Shown here: piece after piece, positions 1-13,247 of the stretch
Layout of the letters: each line of letters begins with the position of its first letter
Position numbering within the stretch: position 1 is the first letter of the stretch
DNA from: Trichinella spiralis
Lineage: Eukaryota
Assembly: GCF_000181795.1 (NCBI RefSeq)
Contig: NW_003526941.1
Location: forward strand, 3,692,282-3,756,281
Length of the DNA: 64,000 nt
Reading direction: 5' to 3'
The notes under the pieces: generated by a model
What the model was told of the DNA's origin: nothing
Databases searched by the model: none
Seen by the model: only the letters and a program-made list of their open reading frames with translations
Position numbers and translations under genes: made by a program

Positions 1-100
1 TAAGGAGAACGTGTGGAGGGCAGAATGAAAGATAGGTGGCCACGGAAGTGACTGTGGTCCCCCTCGAATTTTAGTTCGCCCCCCTCCCAATTCTTTTTCC

Positions 101-204
101 CTCCCCTTCCAAATCTCCTTTCCTCCCCTCCAAATCTCTCTCCTCCCCTCCAAATCTCTCTCCTCCCCTCCAAATCTATCTCTCCTCCCCTCCAAATCCC
201 CTCC
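101..204. repeat. Pyrimidine-rich minisatellite, about 20-nt unit TCCTCCCCTCCAAATCTCTC, about 5 copies
   Basis: Read directly: near-identical units start at about 101, 121, 141, 161 and 183. Confidence 0.9.
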
Positions 205-262
205 TATGCTCATCTCCTCTACTCTAAACCTATTCATCTCCAAAATGGACTTATTTAAAATA

Positions 263-848
263 ACTTACCTGAGTTGCAATACTTACCTTAGTGCTTTTTC
301 AATTTTTGCGATGAAGTACATCAAGAACTATAAAATTAACTGGAAAAAAAACTTACCTGAAGATCTCTCTTGATTACTTGAAGATTACTTACCTGAAGTT
401 TTCAAACAAAGCAACATGTTCCAAACACCTTTTAGATTCAATCCCTAGCTGTTTCGGTTCATTTGCAACTAAAAAATGCAATTAAAAAAACTTACCTCAA
501 GACTTCCTTGACATGTTTCAAACAGCTTTTGCATTCAGTCCTAAACTGTTTCGATTACTTTTCATCCAATGCAAAACAATTCATCTAAAATTGGTATAAC
601 AAAGAACACAAAAAATAAAAAAAAAATACTTACCTGAAATTAAAACCTAGATGACCTGATGAGAATAAAATGTACAAAGTGAAAATGAGAAAAAATAAAG
701 GGAAAAGTAAAACAGCGTACAGCATTTCTGACATTTGACAAACAGCAAATGAACTAAAAGTTTCTAAATACATTATCTAAAACAACCATATAAAACGTAA
801 TCCATACGAATGACAGTGCATTTAACTGGAATTTCACATTACTTACCT
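263..848 (-). repeat. Degenerate repeat carrying seven ACTTACCT motifs (AG|GTAAGT on the minus strand)
   Basis: ACTTACCT at 263, 281, 351, 387, 490, 628 and 841. Internal duplication at about 415-470 vs 512-565 (CATGTT-CAAACA-CTTTT...CCCTA--CTGTTTCG). Confidence 0.7.
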
Positions 849-2002
849 CTGTTCAGCTTCACCGGTGAAGGTGATGCTAATTTGTATTAAATCTTAAAAT
901 TACATATTAAATAAATTATGTAAAAATAAAAAACAACTAATTATATATTGCCCTTGCTTCACCGTTAAAAGCGTGCAAACATATCCATCACCAAAATAGT
1001 AATTCATGATTAGGAACTAAAAAGCACTAACCAAACATTTTTGCTTGAATATAAAAATCATTATCATGCAGCGCTATCCGTCTTAAATTACTTTTTATAT
1101 GCCCATTTCACATTCATTGGTCTATGTGATCAAATTTATACAAGTGAAGCACGAAATGTTAAACACAGTAACAATACAGTATTGCTTACTTATTTTCATC
1201 AGAAATTCCATCAGTTAAGTACATAGGGAATGATAACTGGTCGCTGCCTTTTTAAAAACTCTGAGAGAACTTATCTCCTAGAGTATGTGAATACAACAAA
1301 TGTCCTTGTATGGAACTGTAATAGATGCCTTTCTTGCTTATCTGACATCTAAAAAATTAAAAACATCTTAAATATGTAATCTTAAAATCATTACATTTAC
1401 CATTTAATTTCCATAACACGCCTTTGTAGCATTCTTTTTTAACTGACGTAAATATTGAAGGTGAAATCATCTAAAAATAGAAAACAACTGTTTCATAATA
1501 TATAATAATAACAAAGAATCCCATTAGTTTCCATTCACGATATTTGTGAAGTCATGCAAAAATAGCATGCACAGAATAAATACATCGACCACATTATCAA
1601 ATGTAACCTACGTCTTTCTTAATCACAGCTGATATTAAAGAGTAGAATCATAGTCGGGAATGTGTGTGCTGCCATGGCGATGCACTGAATTACAATGAAT
1701 AAAGTATTCTGAAAAGTTGTACAATAATAAGTAAATTATATAAAAAGGAAATCACTTTGCCCCTGGTAGAACAACCTAATTTTCCGTCAGTAATAGCGTA
1801 ATGGCATAAATATAATAATTTAATTAAATGACCAAAGTTATTACGGCTTTATTTACAAACTTTACATCAATATTACTCAGTGCAACTAACTAAAGATTTG
1901 TGCTTTAATATGCTGGTTATATAAATATAAATTGCATATTTACCTTCTTCTTTCCTAAAAAATGAAGTTATTTAAAGATGTAAATAAAAAATGTATAAGA
2001 AA

Positions 2003-2870
2003 AAGAAAAAGCAATCTGCAAATTCCAACCAGTATATTAGTATATTCAAGCAAGCAAATAATGTCTTTCCCAGGTTATGAAAACATGAATATCTCAGATG
2101 AAATACCATGCAATCAATCAAGAATGATAACTGAAAGAAAGAACTACTGTGCTGTGATGACGAAACATTTAATAACTGATCATGAAACTGAAAATCATTA
2201 AAGGATTAGTATGTGAATTATGCAAATAATAAACTACTTTACCTTAGGGTAAATAAGCAAACCTTAGTACCTTACTATGCACAATCGCATAACTAGTGCA
2301 ATGACTGAGGAAGCATTTCCTAATCAAATATGCAAATCAGCAAATCAAACTGTGTTCAACGTTATGCACAGAATTAGATCATACCAATTATTGCCCTACA
2401 AATCATTCAACAAGGAAAATCATCATATATCGTGCAATCGATTTAAACAATTTATCATTCTTACATGCTTTTCATTTCCATTTGAAAACATTCGATCATA
2501 AATTTCGATTATTTTCATTTCGATAACATGCATATGTAGAGTGAATAAACTGAATTGTCAAACTCACTTGTATTGGTTTACTTATATATATATATATATA
2601 TATATATTGCACAGTCACACTGCTTGCTTTTTGCCGGGAAAAAATATATAAAGGACCATCTAAAAGTATATAAAAAAGCAATCTGGGAATTCTGAATACT
2701 ACATAAGTTATAATACCATTCCCAAGTTATGAAAGCATAAATGGATATCGTAGATATCCATGTCGTAGAGTGTCCTTCATCGTACATGATAAGTAAAGAA
2801 GAGAATTGAAAGTCAGCGTGTGCTGCCATGACAAAACGTTGAATAACTGGTCGTGGAACTAAAAAGCAGT
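2003..2870. repeat. Diverged direct duplication (about 200-bp core, offset about 670 bp)
   Basis: Collinear anchors: AAAAAGCAATCTG (about 2006/2673), TTCCCARGTTATGAAA (about 2067/2719) and TGTGCTG..ATGAC.AAAC.TT.AATAACTG.TC.TG.AACT.AAAA (about 2147/2819). Confidence 0.7.
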
Positions 2871-4557
2871 GCACTAGAAGCAATGCGTGCATTTCGTATA
2901 ACACTGTAATGTACAAAAAATGAATTAGAGGAAAACATTTATAAGTTTTACTAAATAAATCAAAAAAGAGACGCAGAAACTCTTTTTCACTTATAAATCA
3001 CTGGCAAGGAAAACAGTACCAAGCAATAATTTCATTCACATCATGACAACACTTACCGTTTCGAGTTTCACGCAACAATCGCACTTTTGCATGAGAGCCT
3101 AAGTATTGTAAAACATGAATTAATTGGCAAACCAAATTTACAAACATTCATCCAGCATGCTGCATCCTACAAATTTAACATAGATATATCCATGGACTGC
3201 ATATCTCAGTATGAAGAAAGGCAGAAGCAACAGCAAGTGCTACTGCATATGGCTATTAGGTGACGAGAAGAAAAAAGGGCGGCAAGAATTCACAGAACTC
3301 CTTAAGGAAACGTACGGAATATGTTTTGACATTTCCCTATTTCGCAGAGAAAACAGTTAGAGAAAGAGAAGTGCAGTACGTTCCTTCACACTGGCCCAAC
3401 ATACATTTTCGCAGGCCAAGCAGTCGCATATCTTTGCTGTGGATGTTTTGGTTAGCGCTACCTCAGACAGCATAGCACGGTTGCATCATTTCATCTTCTA
3501 AAAACTCAAATGCGGTAATGATTATGACTATAATGTCAAACTCGACTGACATCCACTACCGCGCAGCAGTTTCCATAGCTTCTCCATCCAATAGCAGAGT
3601 CTCATATGTCTATATTGACTTGACTACTTGACCATTTCCCAATCTCACTGCACTGTTTCGATGGCGTTGTGCACTTTCTTATTACAAGCGTCCTCAGCAG
3701 AATACTTCCTGCTTTCCTCTCCACTGAATTTTAAGTATATTATGGTGAGAGTCAACTTTCAATTGATTTTGTCTTTCTTTGTTATGTTACCAATCCATGG
3801 GTTGCTGCTTCACGTCCAGCTCGAAAGACAAAATGCTGTTCGTCACTTGAAATCAAAAGCTATTATTCAGGATAACAGTTCTGCGGGAAATATCCATAAT
3901 CTCAGAATTTCCACAACTGGAATTGTTTCTGGTACAGAAAGTATGAACACCAAAATCGAAAAGCAAAGGTTTACTTTTGATACATGAAAACAACGGTAGA
4001 GTAGAGATGAATAAGTTAGATGACGAAGGGAAGTGTTCATACACGTAACTAATAATTATACTACTGGCGCCGTCTATTTTACCTCATTATATCTTTTCTC
4101 TTGACCTATCCCTTGGATCATTTCTCCATTTCTCAACATCTTGCCCCTGTATCACAAATCAACATATAAATCAACAAAACCATCCACGTGTAATTAGTGT
4201 GCTATAAATAAGATACCTGAAAATTCACAAAGAGATATTCAGATATATCGATAAAAATTAGGTACACAGATTGAAGGAAACAATGAAAGGCTGAGGTCCC
4301 GCAGATTAGGCAACCAACGGCTAAAAATAGACCTCGCAAAACATTAATACATTTTTAAATGTCACTAAAACAATTAACACATGCAATCATTTCTACTTTT
4401 CCTTAAACAACATCCTAAAAATGGGCGAGACGCTTAAAAAACAATGAAAATGTGAAAATAACCAGCCATTTTTATTATTCATTACACATTTTTAAAAGTA
4501 AAATCGAAAAATACATACAATTACTGTCATTCATCATCATCATCATCATCATCATTA

Positions 4558-7500
4558 TTATTGTTCTTGCTCTTCTTCAACGGCCAAACTTCCAAACACT
4601 TCAGAAGGAACTATTTGTTTTTCCAAAACAACATCTTAAAAAAATTTCTCATAAAATACTGTTTGCACTGGATACATATAGATGCAAATGTCCACCTGGC
4701 AATGACTTTCTGCTGAATTTTGGCTCCACTTCAACGGATAATTCATCGTCATCATCTTCAATGTTAATTTCATCTTCATTAACCACTGACTGATTCTTTC
4801 CGGACTTTTCACTAACTCCCCCACTGATGTGGAAAAAAATTACATTATCCATAAATTAAGCTGAGTTAAAACAATCAATTAAAAAATTACCTGACGAAAG
4901 AAATACTGGACATCTTAGATTTTAGAATATCTTTTTTCGATGCTTCTTGAGAAATCTTTTGTGCTTTAGCTTCCAGTAGAGCCATACTATCGCCCTGACC
5001 CAACTCATCAACTGAAATTGTATTTCAAAAATATTAAAAATCAATAACCATGACAAACTGCTTAATTCTGCACTTTCTGCAGGACCGCCCGTTGTTGCTA
5101 ACATCTGAGCCGACATGAAATTCACTTGTGTGTTCAAAGCAGCCTGAACGCTGCGTTTGATACGCAACATTTCTCGGACCGTATCCTCATTGCCATGCTT
5201 GATTTCAAAATCTTTCCAAAATGACCAAAATGAAGGGACGACCTTAAAAAGTAGGCATTATTTTATAGAATGACACACATTATATTCAAAAAAAATCAGT
5301 ATCAAATTTACCCTTGGATCGCACATCTGAGAACAGTGTGCTAAAATTGCACGAGCCCGGTCAATTTCACCCAATCGTCGCTCCAACGTGGCAAACTGCA
5401 AACACATACTCCTATAAATAATACAAAACAGCATTTTCACAGTTTATTTCCACATTACATTGTGCATTAGATATTATATTATATTACATTTTATTTTATT
5501 TTATTATATACGCATACCTTGCATCTTTCTCTGGCAATACTTCAATTGCTTTTTCATAAATAGCTCTAGTACTTGTCACACCAAACAGTTCGGCTGCCTT
5601 TTTAATGTACACATTAAATATCTGAAATAGGAATTTGTAAAAAAAAATTTTTTTTTTCATCAAACAATCGAACATGTTGTCTACATTAATCATTTCATCT
5701 CTGGGCACTGAATCAACTGCTCTTTGGTAAATATTCATTGCATTTCTCGGCAAACCATGTTCTTCTTCTAATTTTGCGTATAATAAGTAAAATTCTAAAT
5801 TTTCAATAAAATTCAATCAAAATATTGCACAACGCACTACACAATAACAACATACTTGTAGCATATTCAGGTGGGCAACTATTCAAACATTGCTCAAAAA
5901 GATCTCGTGCCCTTTCCAATTTACTTCCGGCCTGAAATGAAATTTAACATCAATTTCAAAATGATGTCCCATTTTGCAATCTCATCCGCCTACATAACGC
6001 TTCAAAAAGCGAACCAAATATGTTTCCCAAAGATCGTTCACGTTTGGCCATCGAAACAGTGCAATTCCTTTTTCAAAAACCTAAACACAAAATATATATA
6101 AACATCACTGCATAAAATCCAATCAGATATTATTTATGCACTTGCCTTAAAAGACTCTTCAAAATGATTTTTGCTTTCTAAAAGCATCGTATAATTGATT
6201 ATCAACTGCGGAGTTGCAATTCGCAGATCCAATATTTTCTCATATACTTCTTTACATGACTAATAATTAAAAAACAAACGTCAATTAAATAAATAAATAA
6301 ATAAAAATAATATATAGCAATAAAAAGTGCAAAAAAAAAATAAATTTTACCTCAAAGGTTCCAAAACTCTCTTCCAAATCAGCGTACATGCTCCAAACTT
6401 TCAACGACTTGTATACACGATTTTGCACTGTCTCGCTCTTCATGTAAAATAAACAGGGTGTATACTTTTTGAAAAAATTCTTCCAATTAACTAATACAAT
6501 TTACCTCATCGTAATAATCTGTTTTAAAAGCAGGTTTTTTCACTGCTCTTTTGATTACTTGCAATGCCTTTTGCCATTTTCTCCAAAATAAGCATAATTA
6601 ATATGCAACAGTCAACTGCTAAACAAGCTTACTTGGAACGCAGCTCCATTTCTGCCCAAGAACAATAAACCGATGCTAAATCATCCACCTTCGGATATGG
6701 TGCAAGCAACGCTCTTTCGAATATTTCTCTCGCCTAAAACATGGGATTTTGAAAAATAGCATAAAAAGCATTTTTTTAATTAAAAAACAAAAACCACCAA
6801 TGAGGAAAATCTAAGCTTGTTCGAAGTAAACTCATGTGATCAACCCCCCCCTCCCCAAACAGTTCGTTGAACGTACTTTCTTCAATTGCGCTTGTTGTTC
6901 AAAAAACACTGCATACGCTATCCATAAATTGGACAACTTTCCAAGCTGCAATTTTGCGTTCACTGTATTCACTGCTTCTTCAAACGTTTCTTCAACCTAA
7001 AAATTTATCCGCATAAAAATAATGGTCGATTCAAAAATTCTCTTCAACGAAACATCGCAATACCTCTTTTGGATTGCTTTTGCATAATTCTGCACGTTTT
7101 AACCACTCGTGCACGTTATGTGGATTTTGACGTAATAGCACACTAAATAAGTGAATGGAAAAGCAGTGAATGAACAAATTCCACAAATGAGCACTGCTTT
7201 GCAAAATACCTATTTATAAGCAACGGTCTTCTGTCCATCAAATCTTCAAAACGAGCCATCAACAAGTCGATGTTGAAATTTGAATCACTTTTATGCTGTG
7301 CTTCAAGTTCAACATTGATCAATTCTTCCATGAAATGTGCGCAAGCGTCGAAAATCTAAACAGTAAAAAATAAAAAAAAATATAAAGAATTACCCCTGAA
7401 CAGTCAGTAGTGAAGCACTGGATTAATTACTACCTGCGTAAAATCTCGGACTGTTCGAACAGTTCTCATCGCTTCTTCATACACATCACGTGCCTAAACC

Positions 7501-8914
7501 GTTAAACATTTCATTTGTTGCACATATAAAAATACGTATATATGAAAATTCCCATTTTCATCATCCAATTTATTTGACTCACCTGTTCAAAACATCCGTC
7601 TCGTATGTAATAATCGGCAAGAGAACACCACAATGCTCCAGTTTGATCCGGATATTTTTCAACGCCTTCGCGTACGAGCAATTCTGCGTTCAAAGAGGTA
7701 ACTTTTGAAGGATTTTTCGCCACTATGCTGCACAATTCGTGCCATAACTGCAAATAAACACAAGAAATTAAATTTAAATAAAAACAAAAAGTAAAAAAAA
7801 AGAAAAAAAAATAGAACAACAAAATACAGAAAAGCGAAAATATACTTCATGATTTGTTTTCCCTTCCCGACTGATAAAATTGGAATCGTTCACTATGGCC
7901 GAAAGATGAATGCAAGCCAAATCTAGGCGGTCAACACTTTTCAAATATTCTACGAGCTGCTCTGCATCTTGCGGAGCAATCTAAAAAGCACCATATTCCT
8001 ATTCATATTCTGCAAGCGCTTCCAATATTTCTTTTTCCACTGTACCTTCAAATAACGTTCATAAACGCGTATTGTCGTTTCAGGAATGTCGTGCAAGTGG
8101 AGAAACTTTAAATAAATTGGCCAAATACGGTAATGTTGAGTTATTGGCAAAGATCGCAATGCGTCATCAAATGCATGTCGTGTTCTCGTAATAAAACGCT
8201 GTTTCACCAAAAAAGTACAATAAAGGATCCATATTCGAGGCATCTAAAAAAACAACAGCAATATCATATTCAACGACATAATAAGCAGTGAAATAAATAA
8301 AGTATAACAACTACAAATACACTATTCGATTAGATCCTCATAAAATTATCATATAAAATGAATTAAAATTGGAAAGTTCACATTTTGTACTTTATACTTT
8401 GCTCTTTTGCATTTGAAAATACAAGTTCACATAATATATTTTGTAAAACAACAAATTCAATTAACTCATTAACACATTCTTATAAAAAAATATTTCAAAA
8501 TGTTTCAATTACTTTATTCATAAACACTAGCGCTGTTCGAAAACACTTGTTCACTTCTTCGTACAAAGGATCGGTGACGCATTTTTTAGCTACTTGACCA
8601 CGACGCAATTTTAAATATTGATACCAAAGTTTGTAACTTCCAGGCAATTCACGCAACGCTCGCTGGTAGAGCAAATTTACGCTTGCTACATTTTTACTTG
8701 ACTGAGTTTTATGTTCGATGTATCGAAGCCAGCATTTCAAAGAAAATCGATTGCGAAATAAATCCTCTTCATACGGAATATCATCTTCTTCCTAATTGAA
8801 AATTGCATAAAACATAACAAATATTAAAAAACAAGGAAAAGCAAATTGAATTAAACAAATAAATAAAAATAAATATATGTAACTTACAATTAGAAGATCT
8901 GCAGTAGATGACAT
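4558..8914 (-). CDS. SYF1: Pre-mRNA splicing factor SYF1/XAB2 (HAT/TPR repeats), 22 coding exons
   Basis: Spliced model starts [33 protein letters not shown]. It contains [52 protein letters not shown] and [19 protein letters not shown], and ends [17 protein letters not shown]. Exons run from 8888-8914 to 4558-4634 with consistent phases. Confidence 0.96.
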
Positions 8915-11900
8915 GTTCGGTGGCCATAAAAATAGAAAGCAAATTAATTACCTGGAAAAATCACAGGATCAAACATGATAAAATAAGTAGACTTTTATGT
9001 TCAAACTATAGCTGAACAGTCTAATAAAGGTGAGTGATATGAAAATATTTCTCTGAATGCTTGAAAACGTGACGCAGAAAATAAAAAAGTCTAAAATTTG
9101 CTAAATTTGAGAAATACTTACTTTAATTGCAAAGTAGAAAATGCGCAACAACAACCACTAGCAAATGTATTCAATTTTCAAAAAGATTAATATAATTCGG
9201 ATAAATAAAAAAATGACTAATTACAAAAAGCAAAATAAAATATTTTGATGAAAAAATAGAAGATGCAAATTACAAGAAAACGCTAATTACGATACGTACT
9301 GACTGTAACCGTAATAGACAATCAAGTTTAAATTTCAATGCGAGCAATATGAATATTTTTAGACGAAGCAAAATATATGTTTTTTTGATTTTATAAAAAA
9401 TTGAAATATACTGTAAATTTCATTTAAATTTATATGTTAGTTTGGATTTAAATTTTCAAAATATACAAAGAAATTTACGCATTTGAAAAAGAGATTAAAA
9501 TTGAATTATTATCCATTTTAAATTAAGTATTGTTTTTTTATCATTTTTTAAAATTAGTTTCTTCAATAGCAGCAATAAGTAGATGATATTAATGTGTGTG
9601 TGTGTGTGTTCGTGTGTGTAAAATCTAAAAATACTTGAAATATTACATCGAATAAATAATAATTATTATTATATAATATATTTTGAATATCATCCGGTTA
9701 AACAATTTTATTTTAGTAAAACATAAACATTTGTTATTATTTGATGGTTTATTTTAAAAAGATAAAAGAGAGATATATAGAATGTTGTAATTTTTTACCC
9801 TCGTTCAGTGGATGTTTAAATTTTGGCAATTTGGCGACACTTTCACGGTTACCAGTGACGCTAATCTGCAGGTTTGTTGCCAAAGCAGGTGTAGCAATAG
9901 TTGGATTATTTTTGAGCAGCTTGACCAACTCCTATTGGTCATCGGACGTATTATTGGTTTGCTTCTGCTGCTGCTGCTGGTGTTGCTGCTGACCCACGCA
10001 TGCATGCATTCAATGGTCGGCAAATGTCCACAATAGCTCTGTCCAGTGACCTGAAAAAATGAAAATCAGCTGCTATTTCAACGCCTGCACGCATGGAAGA
10101 GTCAGCTTGCAAAGGGATTGCTTTTTTAGCTGTTCAACAAAGCTAACAACGTTTTAATTCTTCAAGAAGATTTTTGCTGAAAAAATTCAACTTGAATTAT
10201 TGTCGACAATTATTATTTAAAAAAATTACCGAAACAGCAGTAATAATAAGGTTTTAATTTTTTGTTTCTTTTCGTTTTTAAAATTTCAATCCGACATTGA
10301 TACTTGCGAGTATTTTGATTATTGCGCTTCATTTTTTTAAACATGCTTTTTGTTGACATGTTATTATTATTATCATTATTTCGTTTGTTTGTTTGTTTGT
10401 TTGTTTCACAAACCGGTCTGTTGCGCAGTGACATGCGATCGTCCAAAACATGTCTTTTAGCTGAACCTGCAGAAAGAACAGTTTAGTTAGTTTAGTTAAG
10501 CATTGACATGTACTGTAGATGTAGTAGTATCAGTTTCAATTTCTACCTACCATTGGGAAAACTTCTTCAAATTCTTTCTTCAGTACTCTTCAGTATATAA
10601 GAGTGTGCTTTTTTCAATCTAAAGCTTAAAACTTTACACATTCTTCGTGTTATTTTTTTCAATAAATAAATTTTAAAAAATATACATATCTGTATGCTTG
10701 TATTTTTCAGTGTATGGTCATGCATTTGACCAGGCCAAGCGAATTGTAGAAACTCGATGAAACTAACCTCCATCAAAGCAGCAAACAAACCGTCTGTCCT
10801 TATCCAAAACTGTCCAGCTGGTCTGCATTCAGGCCATTTCAACAACTGACTAACCAACACACCCTTCTCCAACTGTCAACAGTACAACTTGCTAACAAAA
10901 TATTCAGGCAAGTAATAATCATTTTATCTTTTATTTACCTCACTGCGATCGAACAAACAACCAACGGGTTCCATTTCAATTTCTGATCTATTCAACTTTT
11001 ATTTTATTATAATTTAAATTCAACATGGTTTACAATATAAAATAACAAATAATAATAGAAATTGAGATACAAATGTGCAATTTAATCTCGAAGTTGTTGC
11101 TATACATAGCAACAATTCAACAATGATGATTCTTTCATTGTAAATTTCCAAAAACATTTGTCATCATCATTCATAAAAAAATTCATTCGTATAAATTAAT
11201 TTCCACAATAATAATTTTACCCCTGTTCAATTTTTATTTTTTTTTATTATGCACTCGGCGTCAGCTTGCAATTTTCAACAAATGCAGTTTTAAAAGGCAG
11301 AAAAAATGTTAACAACAATTAGCCTGTGAATTTGGAAATTTGCTTTATGATTTTCGCTCACTCGACCATATAGCATCGGAAAATGTATGTCAAATAGAAT
11401 AATAATATTAATAATAAGCGACAACGTTAGTTGCAAAATTGCAACTTGATGGTTTTTGTGCGAATGCATTTGCAATATTTCCATTCACAGCACCTTGTTT
11501 AAGCGTTGAAAAATGCTGACAAGAATAAGCTTCACTGCTTGCTATTTAATACTCATGAGAATAATATAAATGCCATTATAAAAAAAATTAAAAAAAACTC
11601 AACAATGCAATATTCAATTTAAGCAAAATGCAATATGTGAAACGTTGAAAAAAAAAAGATAAGTACACAACAGTTGCAATTGCACAGTTGTTGATCGTAA
11701 TAATACGTTATTATGCAGTTATATCAAAGTTAAAAATAAAATTTATACACTGAAAATTATTTAAATACTTCTATTATTGTAAATGGAATTGTGATTTGTA
11801 ATTTTTCCACATTTGCCCCTCAACATCAGCCAACTCAACCAAGTTTGATTTGGAAAAGGTAATTTTAATTGGAGGAAAATACGTAGAAAAAAAATAAGTT

Positions 11901-13247
11901 CAAAAGAATAAATTGTACAATAAAGTGGGTTGCCAATGTATATATATATAGACAGAGAGAGAGGGAGAAAGAAAAAGCAGAGAAAAACACGTTCTTAAAA
12001 CTTCTCAACGACGTTGTACAAATAAGAGCAGGCAGAAAGCGTTTTACAAAGCAGCCTGCCAGCAAACGAAATTGACATACAAATGAAGACAAGAAATTCA
12101 TCACATTCCAACATTCATTCGCCCGCTAATTATTGAAAATAGTAGTAGTACTTTGTAATTCGTATGATGTAAGAAGTTACTTTGCTTACATTTGCCATAC
12201 AAGCATGCCATACAGACAGTTAAATACAAATTGGGTTCAGTTCCAAACATGCAAGCAATTAACATATCAAGTGAATGTGAAAAAAACGTGGAACTTCATG
12301 ATCAAATAATAAAATTTAAAAATATGTGTCGTAAAATAGTCGAATTTGCCATAATATTGATCGGCAAGATAAAATTTTATTTGCACTTGTGAATCATCAA
12401 ATTTTGAACAAACATTGATTGCATGCGTGCAAATTGGCCCCACTCAGGTCAGTGCGACAAATGCTGTAGTGTAGTAGTGAAGAAAGTTTGATAAAAATTT
12501 TAAAAATAAAATTCGTTTCAAATTGAAATAAAATCATGTCAATCAAAAATCGACCACTGAAATTATCGTACATTGTTGTCATTTTCTCGCCGATTACAGT
12601 CTGACAGGCAAATTACAGGTAAAGTATGTGCAAGTGTTATATTTGTCATTTTGTTGTTGTTCTTGTTGTTACTCATTTGCACAGATCTTTGTCGCTGGAA
12701 TGTGAAAAATTGAATCAAATCAATTCAAATCAAATCAATAAAATTCAATTAAAAATTGAGGGAAAAAAAGAAAACATTTTCCCCCATTAACTTTTCATAA
12801 AAGTTCTGTTGTTGCAGTGGACGAAAAATTAAAATGAGAAATTGAATTTAAATTTGAAAAAAAATAAATTAAACGAATAGTAATAATAAAGGTATGGAAA
12901 ACGTCATTGCACCGAGAAGAGAAGAAGAACATTTTCACAAAGCGGGGGTAGTTGTTGCATGTTCTGCAGAGTGTCATTAACCGACATTATATAGCACAAT
13001 CGTTGTCGGACAATCAGGCCGAATCAGGAGGTGTTTTTTTGATTTTTTTTCTTTACATCGCAAAACACGTCACAATTGATAGATACATAGTAAGAACAGC
13101 AGCAACAGCAGTAGCAATAGCATAAGCAAGGGGAAAAGCAACAGGGCTCACAAAAAAAATCATACACGTTCATGATGTCAGTTTGAAGCCGTGTCTGCTT
13201 GCTGTTAACGTTCCACAAAGTGCTTATTGGTAAAAATTTTGTAGAAA

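Noticed and set aside
626..636. ATACTTACCTG, identical to the U1 snRNA 5' end
   Set aside because: The downstream sequence is A-rich and lacks U1 stem-loops and an Sm site; it is better read as an antisense splice donor.
101..848. CRISPR-like repeat-spacer array
   Set aside because: Eukaryotic context; repeats are short or tandem with irregular spacing, and there are no cas genes.
3260..4300. Moderately GC-rich stretch with 63-119 aa ORFs, possible transposon remnant
   Set aside because: No transposase, reverse transcriptase or integrase motif and no terminal repeats that I could recognise.
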